DNA of 23,847 nucleotides from a bacterium (GCA_038127595.1 JAYPIC010000014.1:1-23847), one strand, 5' to 3'; positions 1-7,435 are shown, counted from the stretch's first letter. Numbers and translations are program-made. The notes: generated by a model from the sequence alone, not told the origin.

Positions 1-55
1 AACAAAGAATAAAACCAGACATCAAAAAATTACATATATCAAATAGGAGTTAATT

Positions 56-223
56 ATGAAAAAAAAATACTATGTGATACTAAATGCATTAATTGTGAAT
101 GCTACTATCTTTGCTCAGGGAGTTGACTTCCCATCTGAACCCGCTCAGGCACCAATCGGAGGATTAGGGCTCTTAGCGGCTGGAGGTGCAGCACTGGCAT
201 ATAAAAAATTAAGGAAAAAGTAA
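56..223 (+). CDS. 55-aa exported microprotein with a PID-CTERM/PEP-CTERM-like C-terminal sorting segment (not in ORF track)
   Basis: Manual translation MKKKYYVILNALIVNATIFAQGVDFPSEPAQAPIGGLGLLAAGGAALAYKKLRKK. AGGAG RBS at 45-49, signal peptide ending IFA-Q, then Pro-rich linker, PIGG, hydrophobic helix and basic tail. Confidence 0.8.
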   Translation: MKKKYYVILNALIVNATIFAQGVDFPSEPAQAPIGGLGLLAAGGAALAYKKLRKK

Positions 224-240
224 AAAAATCTATATTTAAA

Positions 241-268
241 AGCCCCACATTCGTGGGGTTTTTTGTTT
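241..268 (+). repeat. 28-bp island repeat, copy 1 (hairpin + T-tract; terminator-like, candidate recombination site)
   Basis: AGCCCCACATTCGTGGGGTTTTTTGTTT, 17 nt after the stop of 56..223. Confidence 0.95.
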
Positions 269-351
269 ATGGCCTAAACGCACTGGTAATACACTGGTCA
301 TTTTATAAAGTGTAATTGTTCGTATATTAAATCAAGATTAGGAGCATAGGA

Positions 352-603
352 ATGATATTAAAAACAATATTAGGTATAGCACTATTCATTAGTGGTGGTC
401 ATATAGTAAGTACTAATTTGAAATTGCACCACTACAGCGATGATGATTTCAAAGATATTTTTTACCTTAAACACAATAAATCAATTACTAAGCATTGTGA
501 GAGGCATTCAGAATTGGAAGATATTAAAAAAAAGAAATCATATCATAATCAAGAACCAAACACAGTTTATAAAGTAACTAAACACAAGGACAAGGCTTCT
601 TAA
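352..603 (+). CDS. Hypothetical 83-aa protein with N-terminal signal/TM segment
   Basis: ORF with AGGAG/AGGA RBS upstream and hydrophobic N-terminus; sole gene between repeat copies 1 and 2. Confidence 0.7.
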   Translation: MILKTILGIALFISGGHIVSTNLKLHHYSDDDFKDIFYLKHNKSITKHCERHSELEDIKKKKSYHNQEPNTVYKVTKHKDKAS

Positions 604-650
604 AAAAATCTACCCAGAAGTCTTAACATAATACTAGAATAATTATAAAG

Positions 651-678
651 AGCCCCACATTAGTGGGGTTTTTTGTTT
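651..678 (+). repeat. 28-bp island repeat, copy 2
   Basis: AGCCCCACATTAGTGGGGTTTTTTGTTT; one loop mismatch to copy 1. Confidence 0.95.
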
Positions 679-919
679 GTGGAATGATGTTTTTTTCATT
701 TGGGGCTGGAGGGGCTTTTCATGCCCCAGATTCTACTATGAGTGAAAGCATGCGACAATTTGGTGGTGTTATGGGTAAAATATGTATAGCAGCAGGATTA
801 TTTTATGCAAGTCGTATCCTTCGAATAGGTCCAAAAGGTTTAAAATGGATCACTAAGACAGATGCAGGAAAACAATTTGAAAATGAAAAAATATTCAAGA
901 TGAAAATGCTACAAAAAAA
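679..919 (+). pseudogene. 5' part of an interrupted hypothetical membrane protein gene, possibly also 5'-truncated at the repeat
   Basis: The frame of ORF 663..956 is open from inside the repeat. Joining nt 919 to nt 1960 gives a continuous frame ...KIFKMKMLQKNERIDALYEELPD... Confidence 0.55.
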
Positions 920-952
920 ATATCACAAAAAATCACAAATTAAAACAACAAA

Positions 953-1918
953 ATGAAAGCTGTTATATGGAGAAAATACGGAGATACTAAAAAAGCATTA
1001 AGTGTTGAATCTGATATTGCAATCCCAGAAATAACAAAAGACAATCAAGTATTAGTCAAGATCGAATACGCAAGTTTACACCCAGGGGATGATCATATCA
1101 TGAGACCATTAATGTTTCCAATCCGATTTATGTTTGGTTTATTTTCTCCAAAAAATCGTGTTTTTGGAATGAATGGATCAGGAATTGTACACAAAGTTGG
1201 TGATAGTGTAACAGAGTACAAGGTTGGTGATAAGGTGTTTACTGATTCTATAGGTTTGGGTGCATTAAGTGAGTATCAACTTGTTACTGATAAAAGATGT
1301 TGCAAAATTCCAAGTCATATGAGTACAAAAGAAGCAGCAGCATTAGGAACATCGTCTAGTACTGCACAATACATTGTTGATTTATTGGATATTAAAGAGA
1401 ACCAAACAGTACTTGTAACCGGGGCATCTGGTGGTGTTGGATCATCATTGGTTATGTTATTCAATCAAGCTGGTGTTATTGTAACAGGAGTTGCATCTGG
1501 AAAACATGAAGAATCGATTCGAAAACTCGGTGCCAATGAGTTCATTGATTATAAAAAAACAGATTGGGCAAATGATGATAATAAGTATGACTACATTGTG
1601 GACTGTTATAATACATTGAATTCAAAGGGTATCAAAACAATGGTTGCAAAAAAAGAATCCATTTATTATCATATTGGTGGTAATGCCTTCATGTCAGCTG
1701 TGTGGGCATCCATTACAGATAAGAAGGTTAATTTGTTAACATATGATACAAATCATGAAACAATGAAGAATCTTGTTAAGAATCTTGAAAAAGATGAATT
1801 AAAAGTGCCAATTGCAAAGGAATTTGATTCGTTGGAAAAAGTATTTGATGCAATGGATTTCTTGATGAATTCTAATAAGTCGGTTTTAGGAAAACTCGTC
1901 ATAAAAGTTCAACAGTAA
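953..1918 (+). CDS. Medium-chain dehydrogenase/reductase (MDR), zinc-independent NAD(P)H quinone-reductase-like
   Basis: MKAVIW...YG start, GroES-like domain (ASLHPGD, GIVHKVGDSVTEYKVGDKV), Rossmann motif TGASGGVG, C-terminal GKLVI; no catalytic Zn-ligand GHE motif. Confidence 0.9.
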   Translation: MKAVIWRKYGDTKKALSVESDIAIPEITKDNQVLVKIEYASLHPGDDHIMRPLMFPIRFMFGLFSPKNRVFGMNGSGIVHKVGDSVTEYKVGDKVFTDSIGLGALSEYQLVTDKRCCKIPSHMSTKEAAALGTSSSTAQYIVDLLDIKENQTVLVTGASGGVGSSLVMLFNQAGVIVTGVASGKHEESIRKLGANEFIDYKKTDWANDDNKYDYIVDCYNTLNSKGIKTMVAKKESIYYHIGGNAFMSAVWASITDKKVNLLTYDTNHETMKNLVKNLEKDELKVPIAKEFDSLEKVFDAMDFLMNSNKSVLGKLVIKVQQ

Positions 1919-1959
1919 ATATTGTGTGTACTCTATATATATATTTTAATTTAAAAAAA

Positions 1960-2173
1960 TGAGAGAATAGATGCTTTATATGAAGAGTTACCTGATATAG
2001 ATAGTTTGACCAAATTCCAAAAGCAATTTCGGCCTTCTATAGATGCTAGGATAGATAAAATGCGAATCCAAATGACAATTGAAGAAAAGGCTTTAGATGA
2101 TTACTTAAACCAGATACCTATCGGAATTACGGACCTCGTGGACATGGTAAGACCATCCTTTAAGCGCATCTAA
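1960..2173 (+). pseudogene. 3' part of the interrupted hypothetical gene (no own start)
   Basis: Stop-free frame ERIDALYEELPDIDSLTKFQKQFRPSIDARIDKMRIQMTIEEKALDDYLNQIPIGITDLVDMVRPSFKRI*, ending 9 nt before repeat copy 3. Confidence 0.6.
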
Positions 2174-2182
2174 TTTGTACTT

Positions 2183-2210
2183 AGCCCCACATTTGTGGGG
2201 TTTTTTGTTT
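2183..2210 (+). repeat. 28-bp island repeat, copy 3
   Basis: AGCCCCACATTTGTGGGGTTTTTTGTTT; followed by GTGGCCT, similar to ATGGCCT after copy 1. Confidence 0.95.
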
Positions 2211-2295
2211 GTGGCCTCACACACATTGTAGGGTAATTTTTTTGAGTTCTTTTTTAACTTTTTTAATATGTGCGTGTCTAAAGATTAACAACATA

Positions 2296-3132
2296 ATGAA
2301 ATTTTGTTTCCATATATTATTAATCTTTTTCATTCCATTTTTTTCTTCCTGTGCTGAAGATGATGAGAACTTACAATATGAAACAGATGGTTATAAAATG
2401 GTATTGTTTGGACATAGTTTTTTTAGACCATATGCTGAAAAATTTAATGAAATTGCATTAGACGCTGGCTTTGATAATCATGATGGTGTGGTTATATCTC
2501 ATGGAGGGGAAACAGGAAGTCCTGTTAATCTGTGGAGTGATTCAACACTATCACAGCATAGATTAATTAAAGAAGAATTAAATAAGGGTGGTGTCGATGT
2601 ATTAGGCATGTCCGCTGACATATTACTTGAAAACCCAACAGATGGTTATAAAGATTGGATAGAATATGCTTTGACAAATAACCCTGATATAACAGTTTTT
2701 TTATCAATGATACCTCCAAGATATCCTGATGATTGGGACTCAATTTCAAATGCGTTAGGCTATGAATCAATGCAACATACATATGATAGTTTTCTCAATT
2801 TTAGAAAAGATAGTTTGGTAGATGTATTGCGTGCTGATTTTCCTGAAAATAATATTTTTTCTATACCTACGGGTCAAGCAACATTAACATTGTATGACTT
2901 ACAACGAGATAGCCTATTACTTGATGATATCTTATACAGAGGCAATAGAGAGTACTCTCTTTTTACTGATGAATTGGGACATCAAGGAGATATAATTATA
3001 AACACTGGTGCATTAATGTGGTTAGAAAGTATTTATAGTGTAGACCTTGATGAAAACGATTATGAGACAGGTTTTAATACAGACTTACACTCTATCGCTC
3101 AAGATATTCTTGATTCTTATAATCAGAATTAG
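2296..3132 (+). CDS. Lipoprotein, putative SGNH/GDSL-hydrolase-like
   Basis: Start re-called at ATG 2296 (MKFCFHILLIFFIPFFSSC, lipobox). Block-I-like LFGHSF and a C-terminal D-x-x-x-H-like segment TDELGH. Confidence 0.65.
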   Translation: MKFCFHILLIFFIPFFSSCAEDDENLQYETDGYKMVLFGHSFFRPYAEKFNEIALDAGFDNHDGVVISHGGETGSPVNLWSDSTLSQHRLIKEELNKGGVDVLGMSADILLENPTDGYKDWIEYALTNNPDITVFLSMIPPRYPDDWDSISNALGYESMQHTYDSFLNFRKDSLVDVLRADFPENNIFSIPTGQATLTLYDLQRDSLLLDDILYRGNREYSLFTDELGHQGDIIINTGALMWLESIYSVDLDENDYETGFNTDLHSIAQDILDSYNQN

Positions 3133-3227
3133 AAATATATTACATAAATTTTATTCAGTCGTTAATCTCAACTTAATTAGACCCCACCAACCAATAAAGC
3201 ACGGGGGTAGGTATGTGTATATAATAG

Positions 3228-3255
3228 GCTCATACATTCGTGGGGTTTTTTGTTT
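3228..3255 (+). repeat. Island repeat copy 4, partial: right 22 bp identical to copy 1, left arm replaced
   Basis: gctcat-ACATTCGTGGGGTTTTTTGTTT; 3234-3255 equals 247-268; 32 nt from the integrase stop. Confidence 0.9.
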
Positions 3256-3287
3256 TAAGTGGGAGCATTACACTCCCCCCATAATCC

Positions 3288-4166
3288 CTATAACACAAAG
3301 TCATCAATCTCCGTAGCAAGTAAAGGAGCATAATGACGCTCTGTTGTGGTCACAGATGAATGACCTAGTAGCTTGCTCACTTCATAGATAGGCCTGCCTT
3401 GTCTGATTAGATTGTAACCAAAGGTTCTCCTAAGGTCGTGGAACCTGATATCAGGGATACCAAGCCTTCTGGCTTCCTTCTTGAACTTGTGTGATACAAA
3501 GTCCTTGGTATAATCCCAGAGCTCATCAAGTCCATCCAATATCTCCTGAGCTTGGTTATTCAGTTTGATTAGTCTTTTACCACTTTTACCATATGCGACT
3601 ATATGATTGGAGAATATGTTTTCCCTCGATATAGAGCGTATTTCACCGCTTCTAGCACCAGTGTAGTAAGCGAATCTGACAAACAAATTGAAGCGGTTAT
3701 CTCTTATATTATCAAGCAGTGTCTTTAGTTCAGAATCACTTAGTACTCTGTTTCTGGACTCGCCTTTTGTATCACCTTCAAGCTTGTATGCCTTAGTGAT
3801 TAGACCTTGTTTTAAACCCCAATTCCAACAAATGTTAATCACTCTAGTATGTATTGCTTTCGTAGTTGGGTGAGCTGGCAGAGGTTTACCCGAGATGTAA
3901 GCTTTTAGTATTTGAGTATTGAGTTCTCTTGTTCTAGATGTCCAATCGTGTTTGGTGAAAAGATACCTATCCACAATTTCATCAAATGACAGGTTTCTTT
4001 TTCGAGTTTTTACTCCTGTCAGTTCTGCAAGCAATTCAAGCTCAACAACTGGTTTGAGCTTTTTAGCAACTTTCTTATCTTTCGTTCGAAGGCTTCTGGT
4101 AAGCCTTTGGTTATCATAGGATGTAGTGATGTACCATACACCACGGTTTTTATAGATTGTAGCCAT
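3288..4166 (-). CDS. Tyrosine recombinase / phage-type integrase
   Basis: Catalytic motifs TGARSGE (R), GKSGK (K), FHDLRR (HxxR), LLGHS (H), TERHY (Y). Arm-binding-like N-terminus (IYKNRGVWYI...RLTRSLRTKDK). GGAGG RBS at 4171-4175. Confidence 0.95.
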   Translation of the reverse strand: MATIYKNRGVWYITTSYDNQRLTRSLRTKDKKVAKKLKPVVELELLAELTGVKTRKRNLSFDEIVDRYLFTKHDWTSRTRELNTQILKAYISGKPLPAHPTTKAIHTRVINICWNWGLKQGLITKAYKLEGDTKGESRNRVLSDSELKTLLDNIRDNRFNLFVRFAYYTGARSGEIRSISRENIFSNHIVAYGKSGKRLIKLNNQAQEILDGLDELWDYTKDFVSHKFKKEARRLGIPDIRFHDLRRTFGYNLIRQGRPIYEVSKLLGHSSVTTTERHYAPLLATEIDDFVL

Positions 4167-4229
4167 AATTCCTCCAAATTATGACTGTTTTTGCTACATA
4201 TATACTTGCGTTACTTAGTTTTCCGACGG

Positions 4230-4292
4230 AGACACGCCAGATTTAGGATCTGGTGCACTTTGTGCGTGAAGGTTCGAGCCCTTTCCGCGGTA
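4230..4292 (+). tRNA. tRNA-Leu(TAG) 3' fragment lacking the 5' acceptor strand and most of the D-arm; probable att site
   Basis: AGACACG, anticodon arm CCAGA-TTTAGGA-TCTGG (TAG 4244-4246), long variable arm GCAC-TTT-GTGC, T-arm GAAGG-TTCGAGC-CCTTT, acceptor 3' strand CCGCGGT-A. No complementary RCCGCGG or TGGCGGAA upstream. Confidence 0.85.
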
Positions 4293-4300
4293 CTTTAATT

Positions 4301-4340
4301 AAGCCTTTTTTCTTATAAAGAAATAAGGCTTTTTTATTTT
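4301..4340. terminator. Intrinsic terminator after the tRNA fragment, convergent with the DUF420 gene
   Basis: AAGCCTT(tttt)CTT-ATA-AAG(aaat)AAGGCTT followed by a T-run. Confidence 0.7.
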
Positions 4341-4371
4341 GCTTATATCTTGACGAATGAATGGTGGAGAT

Positions 4372-4890
4372 TTATAAATATAGCATAACAAAAATAATAA
4401 TCCCTGTTATTGAAACGTAAAGCCAAATAGGGAATGTAATTTTAGCAATTTTTTTGTGCTGCTGAATTTGTAAAACCATACCTCTGTAAACGCTTATCAT
4501 TGCTAAAGGCAAAATTGACATCGCTAATAGAATGTGAGTTAGGAGTACCGGATAATAAATGAAACCAAGCTCCCCTACATATGGTTTTGGTCCACTTTTA
4601 AACCAATGGTATACAACATAGCTGACTAAAAATAAAGCAGATGTGAAAAAAGCAGATAGCATAACACTTCGATGCTGCTCTCTCTTTTTTTGTCTAATTA
4701 AAACGTAGCCTGTAATCAATAATATTGTCGTCACTAAGTTTAAAAGCGCATTAACAAATGGTAAGCTTGATACATCTATCGACCCTTCAATCCCCTCAGG
4801 CCGAGGGCCAAGTATCAAAAATCCTACAGCTAAGCTTAACACAGCAGATAAAATATAGATAATCTTTAACCAGAAATTTTCTTTTTCCAT
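4372..4890 (-). CDS. DUF420 family membrane protein (oxidase-assembly associated)
   Basis: LPFVNALLN, HRSVMLSAF, LFLVSYVVYH, THILLA, HKKIAKITFPIWLYVSITG motifs; follows ctaB. Confidence 0.9.
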   Translation of the reverse strand: MEKENFWLKIIYILSAVLSLAVGFLILGPRPEGIEGSIDVSSLPFVNALLNLVTTILLITGYVLIRQKKREQHRSVMLSAFFTSALFLVSYVVYHWFKSGPKPYVGELGFIYYPVLLTHILLAMSILPLAMISVYRGMVLQIQQHKKIAKITFPIWLYVSITGIIIFVMLYL

Positions 4891-4894
4891 AATC

Positions 4895-5776
4895 TTAACT
4901 ATTTAGATCTATAAAAATGACAATAAGGAGTGCAGGGAGATATATGACTGATGTTTTAAGTAGGAGTTTTGCATTATCAACAGTTGTGTCTTTCAGTAGA
5001 GGAATCCCTGATATGAGATATCCAAATCCCAGAGCAGATGCGCCCCAAAAGTAAATTTCACCTAATATGCCAGTTACAACAAAAAATAAGGATACCGGGA
5101 TGAGTAAAAAAGCATGCCACAATATTTGTCTATTTGTCCTATCGGGCTCATTTTCAATTACTGGGAGCATTTGGAATCCCGCTTTTTTATAGTCTTCTTT
5201 GCACATCAATGCTATTGCATAAAAATGAGGGTGCTGCCAAAGAAATAAAATTGAAAATAATATCCAAGCATTAGGATTTAATTCATTTGCAGATGCCGCC
5301 CACCCACCTAATGCTGGCATTGCTCCTGGTATAGCACCGATCGTTGTGTTCAACCATGTTATTTTTTTCAAAGGGGTGTAAACAAAAATATAAAGCAGTA
5401 CAGTGATTAGTCCTAAAGCTGCGGTAAGTTGGTTCACGAAAATAATTAATATTATTAGTCCAATAATTGATAAACAAAGCCCAAAAATAAGGGCATTTTT
5501 ACTTGATATAATTCCTGCTGGTATTGGCCTAGCTTGAGTTCTGTCCATTAATTTATCTAGGTCCTTTTCGACAAAGTGATTGATTGTTCCTGCTCCTCCA
5601 GATAATAGGAAGGTCCCAATCATTGTTAAAGCAAACAGGATAATATCCATTTCATTTTGGTTTCCAAGGTAGTAGCCCAAGGCTGTAGAAACTAAAATTA
5701 GAAAAGTGATTCTGGGCTTTGTTAGTTCAACAAATGCACTAAATTGGTTTTTAGCTGGTAAAGGTTTCCTCTTCAA
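4895..5776 (-). CDS. ctaB: Protoheme IX farnesyltransferase (heme O synthase)
   Basis: LTKPRI, DLDKLMDRTQARPIP, YTPLKK, GAIPGAMP, LWQHPHF motifs. Confidence 0.97.
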   Translation of the reverse strand: MKRKPLPAKNQFSAFVELTKPRITFLILVSTALGYYLGNQNEMDIILFALTMIGTFLLSGGAGTINHFVEKDLDKLMDRTQARPIPAGIISSKNALIFGLCLSIIGLIILIIFVNQLTAALGLITVLLYIFVYTPLKKITWLNTTIGAIPGAMPALGGWAASANELNPNAWILFSILFLWQHPHFYAIALMCKEDYKKAGFQMLPVIENEPDRTNRQILWHAFLLIPVSLFFVVTGILGEIYFWGASALGFGYLISGIPLLKDTTVDNAKLLLKTSVIYLPALLIVIFIDLNS

Positions 5777-6381
5777 ACTGATTCTTTTTTAAGATTTTTG
5801 AGAAAGGAGTTAATGTGTGTTCTTAAAATAGAGATACTGCCATCATCAGTGCCGTTGTAATATTGCCTTACATCACCATTTTCGTCAATTAATACAAATT
5901 TTACAGAATGGCCAGCGGGTAAACTTTCTGACATGAACATAAACCCATCTGTGCTTAGTTTTTTTACTGATTCCATATCAGCTCTAAGAAATTTCCAACG
6001 TTCGTCTTTAACGCCATTAGCATCTGCATAATTTTTTAAAACTTCTTGAGTGTCGTATTCAGGATCGACTGATATTGAAATGAATTGTAAATCTGGATGT
6101 AATTTGTATTGTCTATATAATGTACGCATATTATTTGACATTATCGGGCATGGACCAGGGCAACTGGTAAATATAAAGTCCAATATTGAAATTTTGTTTA
6201 GTAGGCTATCCTGATTAAAATTTTTCCCGATATGGCTAGTCATGCTAAAGTCAGGGACTTTTTTTATTACTGCAGGAAGTTCATTTATTGATTCATTGGC
6301 TTTTGAAATTACCCATGTCGCACTTATTCCAAGAAAACTAACGATGACAACGATAGATATTATGTAACTTTTTTTAATCAT
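5773..6381 (-). CDS. SCO1/SenC copper chaperone
   Basis: FIFTSCPGPCP, ISVDPEYDT, distal His (GHS). Start re-called at MIKKSY (6381), overlapping the ctaA stop. Confidence 0.92.
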   Translation of the reverse strand: MIKKSYIISIVVIVSFLGISATWVISKANESINELPAVIKKVPDFSMTSHIGKNFNQDSLLNKISILDFIFTSCPGPCPIMSNNMRTLYRQYKLHPDLQFISISVDPEYDTQEVLKNYADANGVKDERWKFLRADMESVKKLSTDGFMFMSESLPAGHSVKFVLIDENGDVRQYYNGTDDGSISILRTHINSFLKNLKKESV

Positions 6382-7307
6382 TTTTCCATTGAGATTTTGT
6401 AAAATGTAAAACTTGCAACAGATAAGCCCACTAAAAGAGAAGAAAACCACATATGAAATAATTGCATCAAAGGTTTTACCTCCAAGAACACTAAAGCTTC
6501 GCCTAAAATTATCTGTGTAATTATAAGTCCCATTATAAAATTCACAGAATTTACCATAAATGAAGAAGATATAAATTTAATATCATTAACTATTTTCCAT
6601 AAATAGATAGTGAGGCCTAGTAATGTAAATCCTAGAATGGTATGCATGTATTTAAACGGACCAAGCATTTTTAATAGTATTACACCTTCAATTAAGGGAT
6701 TCTCCTTTCTGCTCATATCCAAACCACCCCGTATTTCTGTGCCTATTATTATCTCAATGAATATGCATATTAAAATTCCAAGTATGACAGGTTTAGTATG
6801 AGGGTGGTAAGAACTTTTGCTTTCAAAATTTCCAGCAATTGCATAATAGGCTTGAATAGCGCTATGTATAATGAGGCCGATAATTACGAGAGCTAGTAAT
6901 AAATGAATTGTAATTGTTACAGGGTCAAGTACTGTATCAACAAGTTTAGCACCAACCCATCCTTCCAGCAGAGTTAAAAAAAATGCTACTGTAATTGGTG
7001 CAAATACTTTTTTTGATTTTTTAAAATGTATATACCCAAAGATGAATGTTATTAAAATGATTAGACCAACTAAAGCGCCAAATAATCTATTGAGATACTC
7101 AACCCATGCTAGTACCAGATTAAATTTTTCCGGATCAATGTAATCAGGAAGTTGACTAAGGCTAGTCGGTGGAATCCACCTTCCAAAACATTTTGGCCAG
7201 TCAGGGCATCCCATACCTGCTCCTGAAACGCGGACTAATCCGCCAATGAAAATAAGCAGGTAAGTAAACACCATTGACAGTAATGAAAAATTAAAATATC
7301 GATTCAT
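6378..7307 (-). CDS. ctaA: Heme A synthase (COX15/CtaA, type with Cys pair)
   Basis: GGLVRVSGAGMGCPDWPKC, EYLNRLFG, conserved His-bearing helices; start re-called at MNRYF (7307). Confidence 0.93.
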   Translation of the reverse strand: MNRYFNFSLLSMVFTYLLIFIGGLVRVSGAGMGCPDWPKCFGRWIPPTSLSQLPDYIDPEKFNLVLAWVEYLNRLFGALVGLIILITFIFGYIHFKKSKKVFAPITVAFFLTLLEGWVGAKLVDTVLDPVTITIHLLLALVIIGLIIHSAIQAYYAIAGNFESKSSYHPHTKPVILGILICIFIEIIIGTEIRGGLDMSRKENPLIEGVILLKMLGPFKYMHTILGFTLLGLTIYLWKIVNDIKFISSSFMVNSVNFIMGLIITQIILGEALVFLEVKPLMQLFHMWFSSLLVGLSVASFTFYKISMEK

Positions 7308-7435
7308 AGTATATTGACAAATTATAAACCAAACGCCCAATAAATCTTATTACTTTTACTATCGACTTCTAATTGACCTTTATGGTAATATTGAATCTAG
7401 TTTTTACTGCGAAAATAGATATTTAATCAACATTT

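Larger units (their letters stand above)
1..4292. mobile_element. Right end of a genomic island integrated at tRNA-Leu(TAG), with a tyrosine integrase and repeat-delimited cargo genes; left boundary outside the window
   Basis: Tyrosine integrase beside a tRNA-Leu 3' fragment. Unrelated accessory genes lie on the left; a conserved respiratory cluster begins right after the tRNA fragment and its terminator. Confidence 0.8.

Noticed and set aside
663..956. ORF-track 97-aa protein as a complete gene
   Set aside because: Its start lies within the repeat and its last residues come from the low-complexity leader of the insert; better explained as a fragment. The ATGA overlap with the MDR gene leaves some doubt.
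2209..2295. N-terminal extension of the lipoprotein ORF
   Set aside because: Begins in the repeat; the lipoprotein signal peptide starts at ATG 2296.
241..3255. 28-bp palindromic repeats as a CRISPR array
   Set aside because: Intervals are 0.4-1.5 kb and contain genes; no cas genes in the window.
3047..3316. 89-aa ORF
   Set aside because: Overlaps the lipoprotein and integrase ends and runs through the repeat region; no recognisable motifs.
241..4166. Classical integron (IntI + attC)
   Set aside because: No RYYYAAC/GTTRRRY cores, the integrase lacks room for the IntI-specific insertion, and it has a phage-type N-terminus.
4207..4292. Intact tRNA-Leu gene
   Set aside because: The upstream sequence cannot pair with the CCGCGGT acceptor strand and has no D-arm 5' half.
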